A DNA stretch of 62,154 nucleotides, filler included, from Hausera hauseri (Eukaryota): NCBI GenBank assembly GCA_046269625.1. It is 10 parts of 10 records of this genome, joined end to end, with 100 filler letters (N's around TTAATTAATTAA, not from the genome) between each part and the next. Parts side by side here need not be neighbours in the genome. Positions count along the whole stretch, not along the records: positions 9,491 to 13,830 come from JBJURY010627886.1; positions 13,931 to 18,328 come from JBJURY010601000.1; positions 18,429 to 23,836 come from JBJURY010260843.1; positions 23,937 to 32,685 come from JBJURY010547674.1; 6 more parts are not named here. One strand, given 5' to 3'. Position 1 is the first letter of the stretch, and every line of letters starts with the position of its first letter. The position numbers were made by a program, and so were the translations under genes. Below the pieces are notes generated by a model. The model had not been told where the DNA came from. It searched no databases and worked only from the letters and a program-made list of their open reading frames with translations. Of this stretch, positions 13,301-27,300 are shown one piece after another.

Positions 13301-13775
13301 ACAGTGGATAATCTAAAAAAGTGGCTCAATGTGCGTTTATGTAACTCGATAAAGCGGCTGGTTACGTATACCAGCAAGGCACAGTTTCGGCGGTCAATGC
13401 ACATTGCCGATGGATTGGTTGCGGTGCTCTTAAACAGGGAAGAAGTCATTCTGGACCGGCCAAGTTACATAGGACAAGTGGTATTGGACCTGAGCAAGCT
13501 GCGGAATCGCGACTTGGCACGTTACCGGCAAATGTTCGGCGGCTACGGCGGATGCAAGATCAATATAATTGCCGGTGACAGATAGTTTTTCTTGTAACTG
13601 GAAAACGTCAGTCAAGAACAACTACTGCAGCAAATGCAGTCAGGGAATACTGGACACGTCCAACTACTCACCGGATCAGCCGTTGTACAGCAGCGCGATC
13701 ACCAATAAAATCGGTTGCTTCAAGGATGCAAGTGAAGGTCGTATCCGGTACCGAGAATGGATATTCTTACGCTAC
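10400..13775 (+). pseudogene. Polinton/adintovirus-type protein-primed DNA polymerase B with endonuclease VII-like insert, frameshifted (copy 1)
   Basis: YADIEA (Exo I), DHDHFSGRYLGAACNVCN (EndoVII-like), FHNFRGYD (Exo II), KGIFPY, YLKLDVYLLADVF (Exo III), GIRGG, LYIDINNLY (motif A), GD-TDS (motif C), spread across broken frames. Confidence 0.88.
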
Positions 13776-13777
13776 AA

Positions 13778-13830
13778 TCATAATCATAATAATCATAATA
13801 ATCATAATCATAATGATCATAATCATAATA
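13778..13830 (+). repeat. (CATAAT)n-type microsatellite at contig end
   Basis: Seen directly in the sequence. Confidence 0.9.
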
Positions 13831-16800
13831 NNNNNNNNNNNNNNNNNNNNNNNNNNNNNNNNNNNNNNNNNNNNTTAATTAATTAANNNNNNNNNNNNNN
13901 NNNNNNNNNNNNNNNNNNNNNNNNNNNNNNCTTCCTGCTTTTATAACATGGCGAGCCTTAAGGATCTCTGTGTTATAATGATTTAATAAAATAATGAATA
14001 TACAGTTTAAATAATTAGATAATTAATAAACATCATAGCACTGATGAATCTATAAACACATCCCAAAATTTACTAAGTCTTGCAGAGCTGTGCATGTTGG
14101 TGACATCCCCTTTCCTATCTACGTCATTTTGTCGAGGTCCTCCTCTCCAGTACATTTTGATGGTAAATAAAACGTTTGAAAGATACTAAATAAAGACGCA
14201 GTGGTAAGCTTAATTTTTTTCTTTCATAAATGATATCCAAAATCCAATTTTAGATTCAATAAAAATCAGCGTTTGAAATTTTTCTATCAAAATTCAGGAT
14301 ATTAGATTCCTGGCTGCTCAGTAATATACACTGTCTTTTAGCCTCATTGCTCTTTCATACACATAAACAAACAAGGTCCCACCAAGATCAAGGGTTAAAT
14401 CCCTAATCCACAGGCTTCAACCGAACCCTGGAGACCAAGAATGACCTTTTCTTTGCTCTCGATGTCTCCTCTCCTGCTTCACCCGTCAGGGCCCCCCAGT
14501 CACAATGAGTGCTGCTACAAAATGGTTAGGCACCTACTTGTGTGTTGTGAGCATTTGAATTGGTTCACTCACATGTCTTTGGGTCCTTTTGACTTGACAT
14601 TGTGTCAACAACCTGTTTCTGGGCCCTGTGAGATAATAAAATGTTTCTCTCCTCACCCAAAGATGCAGGTCATCAGTAACCTGTGTCGCAAACTGAAGAA
14701 TGAATAGTTTATGAGGATAATCCAGTGTTTGTCAGCTGGTCAGTGTCTTTGAGGAGGCACTGACCATGCATCACTCCAAAATGACTCATTAGCTGTTTCT
14801 AGAAGCTGTTCCACAACACTATTTTATAGCTTTTGATTTTAAAATTTATTTTCTGTAACCTTACTACTTTTTGTGTTAATATGATAAATATTTAATCAGT
14901 AGTATGGACAAGGAATAATCTATGAATTAAATTTAGCAGTAAGTTATATTTTTCAGTGTATCAATTGATGTAAAACAAGCAAAAGTATCCAAATTTTTAC
15001 TTTATATAAATAAAAAAATAACACCTCACTAATTTAAACTAATTGGGATCTATGTCTGTTTGGATTAATTGGGATTTATGGTGAAACTTGTACTAGTCAG
15101 TGCTGGTGGAAGGCGGGTACAATGTGTGAAATTCGCGCAGGGGGAGTCTTATTTTCATGAAAGAATGATTTTGTAATTTTCAAAATATATTTTCCCTTCA
15201 TGGTTTATAATTATGTATTGAGGGGTGAAGTGAGTGGATCACCCGTGTGACTGGAATGTACAGTTGCCTGCCCCCCCCCAATGATCAATGTCCCTGCCCC
15301 TCATTGTGAAAGGGAAAAAAATTTGTATTTGTGGGGTATAACTTTAGGAGGAAAAAGCTCCCCTGCATTGTTAAAACTAAAAAACATTTGTATTTGTGGG
15401 TATGGCTTAGCAAAAAGCTCTCCCCTCTTCCGTTGTTTTTCATCATAGTTGTACCAATTATTTTTAGCATTGGATTTTTTAGTTTCAGTTTAAGACGATC
15501 CCTTTTTGTAGTTGACAGGCTCATTTTTGGTCCCCCACTGTTTGTATTCACTGTTAAAGTCTTAGTTTAAGACTTTTATAATACTATATGGGTAAATAAA
15601 TATTAATAATCTATTATTTCTTGAAATCAAAGCAACAATATGAAATTTTCAACCACTGTTTATTTTCCTAGTGGTGGCTCTGACTACAGTTGTATAAATA
15701 TATAGAGTAGATTTTTGAGTCACTTAATTGATTATTTGGCAGTTTGAAGTTTTATACCTAAATGTCTGATGGTTGGAAACCTTATGTCTGTGGTAGAACT
15801 GAAATATTATTTCATTTATAATATACTGAATTTCAGTAAGTTTGGTATATGTAGTACACTTAGGCACATGATTGATTGATTCTGAAAAAATAAATATTCT
15901 ACTGACAAAGTAAAAATCTGCTAATGTTCTCAAAGCCATTTAAAAATGGATCTCCTTGACTTTCAAAAATAACACCCTCAAAATATAGTTCAATATGCAC
16001 TCCAAGTGTAAAAAAAAAAAAAAGATTTTAAATAGGGGGGAACTGACCTCAGCCACTAGGGTGCCACCCCAGACCTAGATCTCACCTAGAGATAACTCTC
16101 TCAAACCTGGAGGCATATTAGCATACTCTCAACACACTTGGCGAGAGCAAGCCATATTATTCTTTCTGCAAAACAATTTTTTTAAAAAACTACCACTTTT
16201 TGACATTAACAACGATTTTTAAATTGCACACTTTATATTTTTCCCACTTCACACATTGACTTTAACTTCATATCAGAATTACATTTCAAATATTTAAATT
16301 CATCCCTAATCAAACCAACTTCCCAAATAAATGCCCCAAACAGATCTTTATCAAAACACAAAGTTTACACAATTAACAATACAGTCATAACTAAAATATG
16401 CTTCCCAGCCAACACCTTAAACTTAACAGATTGTTTCAACAATTTCTCATACTTCTTTACAATATCAAATACTGCTGATAACATTAATAAATTAACAACA
16501 TAAAAAATACAACCTGCATTTTTCTACCTGTAAATAACACAAGAAACGAAAGTATTTTCATTAAAATATCCAAACATACTTCCAAATTAAATAGAAACAA
16601 ATTCTAAATTGAATTCATGATGGCAACTGACAGCATGAATTGAACATCTGACAGCACAATAACATGATCCAACCTACACACACTTGAAAAAAAAAATACC
16701 ATACTGAAGAAATCTCTTACAAAACCCCAAATGACATAAATGATGTTAAACAACAAAAAAACTACCGAAACACACAAGTATCACTCTTGGTAAAATCACG

Positions 16801-16989
16801 TGCAAACTCACTCCCAAAACATGGCTACCATTTATGGCAGTGATTAAGCGTTTGTTCCAAAAAACAAGAAAAAAAATTCAAATAAACCCATGCAATTTTA
16901 AAAATTCATTGCAGACATCATTTGTAAGCTTAACTGTAACTGCAAATTTCAGTTATGTTTCATTGCTACTAAATTACTCTTTAAATTGA

Positions 16990-17964
16990 CACGCATAGGG
17001 ATCGATGGAGCATGCAATAAGTTGTGTATTTCTCAATTCTGATCTAAGTAAAGCTTCAGCAGCATTATTATCATAAAAATATACTTGTTGTTCCTCTGGT
17101 AAATGTACGGGCAAACGAATAACTGTATGAGATTGCTCGTGCATTGGATAAGAAAAAATTCTGTATGCAGCTTCACGCGGACTGACATATCAGGTGTTTA
17201 GGAAAGCAGTAACTTCATCATGATGGAGTAAACTCCCTTCAGCAGTTACCTGAACATTAGCGCAGTCATGGCCTTTGTAAACATATTTATGTATGTATTT
17301 AATACTGTGAACACTTGCACAAATTTCTACATTTATGTGGGCTTGAAAATAAAGTAAGAGAAAAGGGTTATAGGGAACTATGTAGCGGTTGTCAACTTCA
17401 ATATTATAACCTTTTATGTGCTTGGTAATAGTCCTGCCATTATTTCTCCTTTTATAAAGGGGATACCCATTGACATTTGCTTTTGTTTCAAGAACAAATT
17501 CTTTTGGAAATTGTTTTTTACATTTACCATCAACCATACAAACTGCATTTGGATTAAGACTACTGCAAGGACCATGTACCATGTGACATTTAACTAAATT
17601 ATATAAGACCGTGTCATTAGGGTCTGGAATTTCTGCAGACACAACTTTGTCTATATGATATTTCTCTAAATTTACAATGATCTTGAAGACATAATAATAA
17701 ATGAATATGGGGCAAACCTCTCTTTTGGAATTCAACCGTGTATAAATATGTTTGTACTCCCCCAAATACTTTTTTTTCATTTATAAGGTGTAACAATTCT
17801 TTTATTTTAGAATGAAAAACACGAACTGTCACATCTGGTCGGTTATTAGCATTTTCAAAAGAATGTATGCTATTAGTTATTTCTGGCCATAAAGGGTTAC
17901 ACGTAAATGTTATGAAAATATCGGGTTTACCAAATTTTCTTACCATTGCCATAGCATGAAGCAA
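16990..17964 (-). mobile_element. Helitron Rep (HUH) fragment, disrupted
   Basis: GKPDIFITFTCNPLWPEI, VEFQKRGLPHIHLL, HMVHGPC, YNPFLLLYFQAHINVE, KYIHKYVYKGHD, then YVSPREAAYRIF..VIRLPVHL. One frameshift near 17660 and a stop at 17190. Confidence 0.93.
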
Positions 17965-18428
17965 GGTTAGTGGGAAAAAACTTTGAAATCACCAGAAACA
18001 AAAGTTTTCACGTGTGGACCTGTGATACTATATCATCCGCTTCCAGAATATCCTGCACTATTTCGTATTGAACATCTTTTTACTTTGCTAAATGGACTTT
18101 TTAGAAAGCACACCCTGGCATTTCATGACCTAATTGCAAGAGCAAAAAATAGTTACTGTTTTTGTTTGGCTCTGCATTAACAACACGTATCCTACGGTCT
18201 AAACCTTCCCGCCAGAATCAATCCTTTTGCCGTCAAACCCCAACAACCCTCAACACCACCTCAGCTGAGGAAATCCCCACAGCTTCCTGCCAAATCACCC
18301 GACGGCACTCCGAAGGAGGCCAAGCCGANNNNNNNNNNNNNNNNNNNNNNNNNNNNNNNNNNNNNNNNNNNNTTAATTAATTAANNNNNNNNNNNNNNNN
18401 NNNNNNNNNNNNNNNNNNNNNNNNNNNN

Positions 18429-21400
18429 CGCAACTCGTTCCGCCGTATGCGAATAGGTAGGTATCCGGAACTGGGTCAGTCCAAAATTTTGTCGACCCAA
18501 CTCATGGCCTTTTTTCCGAATATGCAGGTGTCCGGAAATGGGACAGTCCGAAATTTGTTTCGACGTAACTCGTTCCACTCTATCCGAATACTTAGTTGTC
18601 CGGAACTGGGTCTGCCCAAAATTTTTTTGGCACAACTAATTACGCTTTTTCCGAACATGCAGTTGTCCGGATCTGGGTCAGTTCAAAATTTTATTGGACC
18701 CAAGTAATTCAGCTGAGTCTACATATGCATGATTCCGGAACTTCTCAGTCGAAAATTTGTTTTGACGCAACTTGTTCGCCGTATCCGAATATGTAGGTGT
18801 CCGGAACTGGGTCAGACCAAAATTTATTCGGCTAAACTAATTGCGCCTTTTCCGAATATGCAAGTGTCCGGAACTTGTTCAGCGCAAAATTTTTTTCGGC
18901 CCAACTAATTACGCTTATCCGAATATGCAGTTGTTCGTAACTGGGACTGTCCAAAATTTTTTTCCACCCAAATCATTCCGCTAAATCTGAATATGCAGGT
19001 GTTCGCAAATGATTCAATCCAAAATTGTATTGGACCCAACTATTTTGGCTGAGTCTGCATATGAATGTGTACGAACTGGGTCAACCCGGAATTCTTTTCG
19101 TCCCAACTCATTCCGCTAAGTCTGAATATGTAGGTTTCCGGAATTGGGATAGTCCAAAATTTGTTTCGACGCAACTCATTCCGCTATGTCTGAATATGCA
19201 GATGTGCGGAACTGGGTCAGTCCAAAATTTTTTCGACCCAACTCATTGCGCTTTTTCCGAATATGCAGTTGTCCGGAACTGGGTCATTCCAAAAATTGTT
19301 TTGACGAAACTCGTTCCGCCGTATCCAAATATGTATGTGTACGGAACTGGGTCAGTCCAAAATTTGTTTCGACGCAACTCGTTCCGCCGTATGCGAATAG
19401 GTAGGTATCCGGAACTGGGTCAGTCCAAAATTTTGTCGACCCAACTCATTGCGCTTTTTCCGAATATGCAGTTGTCCGGAATTGTGTCAGTACAAATTTG
19501 TTCCGACGAAACTTGTTCCGCCGTATCCAAATATGTATGTGTCCGAAACTGAGTCAGCCCAAAATTTACTCTGCTAAGCAAATTGCGCTTTTTCCAAATA
19601 TGCAGGTGTCCGGAAATGGGTCAGTCCAAAGTTTCTTTTGACGTAACTCGTTCGTCGTATCCGAATATGTAGGTGTCCGGAACTGGGTCAGTGCAAACGT
19701 TTTTTCTACCCAACTCATTCCGCTAAATCTGAATATGCAAGTGTCCGGAATTGGGACAGTTCAAGATTTGTTTTGACGCAACTCGTTCGCCATATCAGAA
19801 TATGTATGTGTTCTAAACTGCGTCAGTCCAAAATTTTTTGCGACCCAACTCATTCCGGTAATTCCGAGTATGTAGGAGACGGGAACTGGGACAGTCCCAA
19901 ATTTTGTCGACCCAACTCATTGCGCTTTTTACGAATATGCAGTTTTCCGGAACTGAGTCAGTCCAAAGTTTGTTTCCACCCAAATCATTCCGCTAAATCT
20001 GAATATGTAGGTGTCCGCAAATGATTCAATCCAAAATTGTATTGGACCCAACTATTTCGCCTGAGTCTGCATATGCATGTGTACGAACTGGGTCAATCCG
20101 GAATTCTTTTCGGCCCAACTCATTCCGCTAAGTCTGAAAATGTAGGTTTCCGGAATTGGGATAGTCCAAAATTTGTTTCGACGCAACTCATTCCGCTAAA
20201 TCTAAATATGCAGATGTCCGGAACTTTGTCAGTCCAAAATTTTATTGGACCCAACTCATTCGGTTGAATCCACATATGCATGTGTTCTGAACTGCGTCAG
20301 TTCAAAATTCTTTACTGTCCAACTCATTCCGCTAAATCCGAATATGTAGGTGTCCGGAACTGGGTCAGTCCAAAATTTTATTGGACCCAACGCATTCAGC
20401 TGAATCCACATATACATGTGTCCTGAACTGGGTCAGTCCAAAATTCTTTTCGGCACAACTCATTCCGCTAAATCCGAATATGTAGGTGTCCGGAAATGGG
20501 TCATTCCAAAATTCTTTACGGCCCAACTCATTCCGCTAAATCTGAATATGCAGATGTCCCGGACTTGGTCAGTCCAAAATTTGTTTCGACGCAGCTCATT
20601 CTGCTGTATCCAAATATACTGGAATCCGGAACTGGGTCAGTCCAAAATTTTATTGGACCCAACTCATTACGCTGAGTCCACATATGCATGTGTCGGGAAC
20701 AGAGTGAGTCCAAAATTCTTTTCGGCCCAGCTCATTGCGCTTTTTCCTAATATGTAGGTGTTCGGAACTGGGTCAGTCCAAATTTTTTTCGACACAACTT
20801 ACTGCGCTTTTCCAAATGTGCAGTTGTCTTGATCTGGGTCAGTTCAAAATTTTATTAAACTCAAGAAATTTAGCTAAGTCTACATATGCATGTTTCCGGA
20901 ACTGCTCAGTCAAAAATTTGTTTCGACGCAACACGTTCCGCCGTATCCGAATATGTAGGTGTGCGGAACTGGGTCAGTCCAAAATTTTTTTCTACCCAAC
21001 TCATTCCGCAAAATCTGAATATGCAGATGTCCGGGACTGGGTCAGTCCAAAATTTGTTTCGACGCAGCTCATTCCGCTGTATCCGAATATACTGGAATCC
21101 GGAACTGGGTCAGTCCAAAATTTTATTGGACCCAACTGGTTTCGATATGTCCGAATATGCTGGTTTTGAGAACTGGGCCAGTAAAAATTTTTTTTCGATC
21201 CAATTCGTTCCGCTAAGTTCGACTATGTAGTGTCCGGAACTACGTCAGTCCAAAATATTTTTCAACCTAACTCATTGCGCTTTTTCCGAATATGCAGCTG
21301 TTCTGGACTGGGTCAGTACAAAATTTTATTGGACCCAACTCATTATGCTGAGTCCACATATGCATGTGTCTGGAACAGAGTGAGTCCAAAATTCTTTCCG

Positions 21401-23836
21401 GCCCAGCTCATGGCGCTTTTTCCGAATATGTAGGTGTCCGGAAATGGGTCAGTCCAAAATTTATTTCGACGCAGCTCATTCCGCTGTGTCGGAATATGCT
21501 GGTGTCCGGAACGGGGTCTATCCAAAATTTTATAGGACCCAACTCATTCGGCTGAATCCACATATGCATGTGTCCGGAATTGGGTAAGCCCAAATTTCTT
21601 TTCGGCCCAACTCATTCTGCTAAGTCCGAATATGTATGTGTCCGGAAATGGGTCAGTCGAAAATAATTTTCGGCCCAACTCATTGCGTTTTTTCGCATAT
21701 GTAGGAGTCCGAAACTGGCTCAGTCGAAAATTTGTTTTGACCCAACTCATTGCACTTTTTCCGAATATGAATGTGTCCGGAAATGGGTCAGTTCAAAATT
21801 TTCTCGACCCAACTCTTTCATCTGTCTCCGAATATGCAGGTTTGCACAGCTGGGTGTGTCGAAAACTTTTTTCCACCCAACTCGTTCCGCTAAGTCCGAC
21901 TATGTAGTGTCCGGAACTATGTCAGTCCAAAACTTTTTTCGGCCTAAGTCATTGCGCTTTTTCCGAATTTGAAGATGTCCGGAAATGGTCAGTCCAAAAT
22001 TTTTTCGACCCAACTCGTTCCGCTGTGTCCGAATATACAGGTGTTCAGAGTTGGGTGAGTCGAAAATTTTTCTCCACCCAACTCGTTCCGCTAAATCGGA
22101 GAATGTAGTGTCCGGAACTACGTTACTCCAAAATGTTTTTCGTCCTAACAGATTGCGGTATTTTCGAATATGCATGGGTCCGGAACTGGGTCAGTCGAAA
22201 ATTTTTTTCGACCCAACTCATTGCGCTTTTCCCGCATATGTAGGTGTCAGAAACTGGGTCAGTCGAAAATTAGTTTCGACCCAACTCACTGCACTTTTTG
22301 CATATATGAATGTGTCCGGAAATGGGTCAGTTCCAAATTTTATCGACCCAACTCTTTCCTCTATATCCGAATATGTACGTGTTCAGAACTGTGTGTGTCG
22401 AAAATTTTTTTCAACCCAACTCTTTCGCTAAGTCCGACTATGAATTATCCGGAAATACGTCAATCCAAAACTTTTTTCGGCAAAACTCATTGCGCTTTTT
22501 CCGAAAATGCAGGTGTCCGGGAATGGATCAGTCCAAAATTTTATTGGACCCAACTCATTCGGCTGAATCCACATATGCATGTGTCCGGAATTGGGTCAGT
22601 ACAAAATTCTTTTCGGCCACACTGACTCCGATACGTCCGAATATGTAGGTGTTGAGAACTGGGTCAGTCGAAATTTTTTTTCGATCCAACTCGTTCCGCT
22701 AAGTTCGACTATGTAGTGTCCGGAACTACGTCAGTCCAAAATTTTTTTCCACCCAAGTCATTCCGCTAAATGAGAATATGTAGGTGTCCCGAACTGGGTC
22801 AGTCCAAAATTCTTTTCGACCCAACTGGTTCCGCTGTGTCCGAATAAGCAGGTGTTGAGAACTGGGTCAGTCGAAATTTTTTTTCGACCCAACTCGTTCC
22901 GCTTAGTCCGAATATGTAGGCTTTGAGAATTGGGACAGTCCAAAATTATTTTTGGCCCAACTCATTGCGCTTCTTCCGAATATGCAGGTGTCCGGTACTG
23001 GGTCAGTCCAAAATTTGCTTCGAAGCAACTCGTTCCGTTCTATCCGAATATGTAGGCTTCCGGAACTGGGTCAGACCAAAATTTTTTTGGACCCAACTCA
23101 TTTTGCTGAATCCACATATGCATGTGTCCTGAACTGTGTCAGTCCAAAATTCTTTTCCGTCCAACGCACTCCGCTAAGTCCGAATATGTAGGTGTCCGGA
23201 AATGGGAGAGTCCAAAATTTGTTTCGACGCATCTCGATCCGCCGGATCCGAAAATGTAGGTGTCCGGAACTGGATCAATCCGAAATTTTTTTCGACCCAA
23301 CTCATTCCGCTATATATGAATATGCAGGTGTCCGGAACTAGGTCATTCCAAAATTCGTTCCGACGTAACTCGTTCCGGTGTATCCGAAAATGTAGGTGTC
23401 CGGAACTGTATCAGTCCACATTTTTTTTCGGCCCAACTCATTGCGCTTTTTACGAATATGCAGGTGTCCGGAACTGGGTCAGTCCAAAATTTTATTGGAC
23501 CCAACACATTCGGCTAAATCCACATACCCATGTGTTCGGAACTGGGTGAGTTCTAATTTCTTTTCGGCCCAACTCATTCCGCTAAGTCCGAATATGTATG
23601 TGTCCTGAATTGGGTCAGTAGAAAATTTGTTTCGACCCAACTCATTGCAATTTTTTAAATATGTAGGTGTCCGGAAATGGGTAAGTTCAAAATTCTTTTC
23701 AACCCAGCTGGATCCGCTGTGTACGAATATGCAGGTGTTAAGAACTGGGTCAGTCGAATTTTTTTTTCGATCCAACTCGTTCCGCTAAGTTCGACTATGT
23801 AGTGTCCGGAACTACGTCAGTCCAAAATTTTTTTCC
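18429..23836. repeat. Tandem satellite, 67-68-bp monomer, about 80 diverged copies
   Basis: Consensus approximately CCGGAACTGGGTCAGTCCAAAATTTTTTTCGACCCAACTCATTCCGCTAAATCCGAATATGTAGGTGT. Measured spacings of 67, 68, 68, 67 between 19210 and 19480. Confidence 0.97.
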
Positions 23837-24339
23837 NNNNNNNNNNNNNNNNNNNNNNNNNNNNNNNNNNNNNNNNNNNNTTAATTAATTAANNNNNNNN
23901 NNNNNNNNNNNNNNNNNNNNNNNNNNNNNNNNNNNNAACCAATTTATTCGAATATAGAAACTGGACTGTCTGAAGTAACTGACGAATTATTTTCTTTCTT
24001 GAAGATATTTTCAAATCAATTTATACAAACGACAAGATCAGGTTGATTAGATCAGCTAAAAATCTTGTACTTTCGGCAACAACTGGTGAAGGGAAAGGAA
24101 AATAAGATTTACTCGTGTGGCTAATTCTCAGACTGCCGGCATTATGGCCCGGACCCTTGATGTTTCTCTTTGATATGCTCGACTTTTTTTGATTTGTCCT
24201 ACTATCGGCCATCGAATGGCGAACGTAATGTGGACTAGAAGATTCAAACGTAACAACAACAATACCAATCTCTCTTTTTTATGTATTTAAAATTTCCTTT
24301 TCGATATCAGCTTCTAAATGGAATATTTCGTCATAGTAA

Positions 24340-27300
24340 TTGATAACGTCACCTTTCGAGGCGGAAGATCGGGAGGCCGCCTATGTGTCCGACGCGTCAG
24401 CAGCGGAAAACCCGGCCGTGCCCAACCGAATGGGCCGGAGGGCAGCGGTCGACGCCGGCACTACATTACCCCTCCCCGTTGCAAAGATATAACTATACAG
24501 AATTAAAGAAAGAGAAAAGGCGCAAAACGAAAAGTATGTGTGTTAGCTGAGCTTAGTGTGTATAAGGCGTTGAATACCTTCGACTGATTTTTCCCTACTA
24601 TATTGCCTGAATGTGACTCTGCGTGTTGTGTTTATGCAGTGTGTCTGTTTGCAGAGATTGAGGTTGGGGAAGAACTGTTAGATTTTAGTGTAGGTGTTAT
24701 GTCTTGCGAAGACGAAGAAGGTGAAGGAAGTGAAGTAGAAGGTAAGGAAGGTGAAGAAGGAAGGGTGATTGTTGAAGATAGAGGGTCAAAAGTATTGAAA
24801 AGAGTAGAAGACGAAGGAGTGATGATAGGTGTAGTGATGGATAAAGGAAGATAAGAAAAGGTTGGAAGATAGATTGGAGTTGTGTTGAGTGAAAGAGTTG
24901 AAGAGGGAGATGATACAGAAGGAGTCGTAGAGATAGGAAGAGTGGTAGGGAGAGAAGGAGGAAGTGTAAGAAATGATGCAGCAAGATTAGGCGCGGAAGA
25001 GGAAGGTGGAAATGGTATAGTAATAGGTGTAGGGATAGCAATGAGTGGAGGAGTAAGAAAAGAAGCTGGTGTATCAGGTGGTAGTGTCGTCAACAAAGAA
25101 AGCTGACTTTAGGTTGGTGATGTGTACAGTGATGTCTTTACCGTCTTTGGAGATGATGGCGTTATGCGAGTGGATCTGTAAAAGTTTATAGAGCCCCAGA
25201 TACCGTGGCTGGAAAGCACAAGGAGCTTGATTCTTCAGCCATACGAATTTGGCCGTGTACAAATCAGGTAAGTTTTATCTTTGTGGAGTAACCTGCAAAA
25301 AGCATCCTTGCTGACCTCGACGAAGTGATTTTGCGCCGCCCGTATCGTTTTATCTGTGGGAGTGTCGTCTAGGGCGGTTAGTTCGAATAATGAGCGGACA
25401 GGAGCTCCAAATAATGCTTCAGTAGGTGAGCATCCTGTAGAGGTGGACGAAGTGTTCCGCCAGCCAAGCAGAACGAACGGAAGAAGATTGGTCCAACTAC
25501 CGTTGGACTCTGCGAGAATGCATAGTGACGTTTTCAATGTACGGTGAAAGCGTTCTAGGAGGCCGTTCGATTGGGGATGATAAGGTGTAGTATGAATGTA
25601 TACGAGGGATTTGAAGAGGTTGGATTCAAATTGTGGACCTTGGTCCGTGATGATGAAGAGAGGTGATCTGAACCTGTTAATCCATGTACCAATGAAAACG
25701 TCAGCTATGGTGTCGGTGTTTGTGCTCCGCAGAGGGATGGCTTCTGGCCATCTCGAGAAACGGTCCATCATGGTGAGGATGAATTGATGACCGTTGTCTG
25801 GAGTAAGAGGGCCAACGATGTCGATATGCACGGACTCGAAACGCGATGGGCAGTGAAAGTGGAATATTGGTGGCTTTAAATGCTTAGTTGTTTTGTATTT
25901 TTGACATGCCACACTCCTTAACCCATGCCTGCACATTTGAACGCATTGACGGCCAAATTACTTGTCGGTGGAGTAAACGAAAAGTGACTTTAGCACCAGG
26001 ATGGTGAAAAGAATGTACGTGATGAAATACTTATCTTTGCAATGAAGGTGCTAGATTTATTACTGAATGGCCTGATTTGGAGGTGTCTAAATCCACGCCG
26101 TCAACGATTGTGCAAGATTTGAAAGACTTAAGCATTTCTGGAGGTGGCTGGTTCTGTTGGAGTTGTTCTTGCGTAAAAATCGGAGAAAAATGAATTGAAC
26201 TAACCGACCTAGATAAAAAATCAGCAAACAAATTGTTAACTCAATTAATATGTTTAATATCGAAGCTAAATGTCGACAAGTATGATATTTACCGTTCTTG
26301 GCGTGTGGATGGGTGTTTCATGGCCATGATGTTGAGTAAAGGCTTGTGGTCAGTTTGTATAGTGAAATGACGAGCGACAAGTAAGTGTGAGAAATGTTTG
26401 AGTGTGAGAAAATTTGCCAATAGTTCTCGGTCAAACGTGGAATATAGGGTTTCAGGTGCTGTTAGTTTGCGGGAAAAAATTCTAATGGTTGGTTTTCTCC
26501 CTTGTAGATCTGGTGGAGTACAGCGCCTACAGCAGTGGTTGACGCGACAGTGGTGAGGATGAGCTCTGCATCAGGCTTAGGAAAAGCAAGAATATCTACA
26601 GTTTTGATGCCTTCGCGTAGCCTGTCGAATTTGTCAACCAAGTCAGGTGTCCATTGGATTGGTTGATGTTTTTTGCCGCCGCTTAGGTGTGCGAATGGAG
26701 CTGTCAACTCCGAGCAATAAAGTACATATTTATGCACGAAGTGTAGTGTGCCAAGGAAGCTACGCATTTCGGTGGTTGTACGTTGCAGTTGGATGTTTTT
26801 AAGGGCTTCGACTCGGTCTGACTGAGGAGAATGACCGTCTGGTGTGATAACGTGGCCTAAGAAGTTAATTTGTTTTTTGAAAAAGTGGCATTTGTCGAAG
26901 TTAATCTGTAAATTATGGTGACGAAGACGTTGGAATATTGCGCGAAAGTGTTAGTCGTGCTGTTTGGCCGAAGATGAAACGACTAGAATATTGTCGATAT
27001 AAGGGTGTGCAAACGGGAAATCGGAAAGAATGGAATCTGTGTCGCTGAAAGGTTTGTGCGGCATTCCGCAAACCGAATGGCATGAATAGATATTCGTAGA
27101 GGCCAAACAGAGTAGTTACTGCGATTTTTTCAATGTCTTCAGGTGCTATCGGTATTTGATGGTAGGTTTTAGCTAAATCGATGGTCGAATAGATGATGGT
27201 GGAGTTAAGGCGATGTAGGATATCCTTAATGAGTGGTAAAGGATACGCATCCATGATTGTCAATGTGTTTAGCTGTCGGTAGTTACCGCGTGGTCGAAAA

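Noticed and set aside
13931-16900. Short ORFs in contig 3
   Set aside because: Low-complexity AT-rich non-coding DNA with no recognisable protein features.
18429-23836. CRISPR array or repeat-protein genes
   Set aside because: There are no unique spacers, the whole monomer varies, and no cas genes are present. The many ORFs are by-products of a repeat whose period is not a multiple of three.
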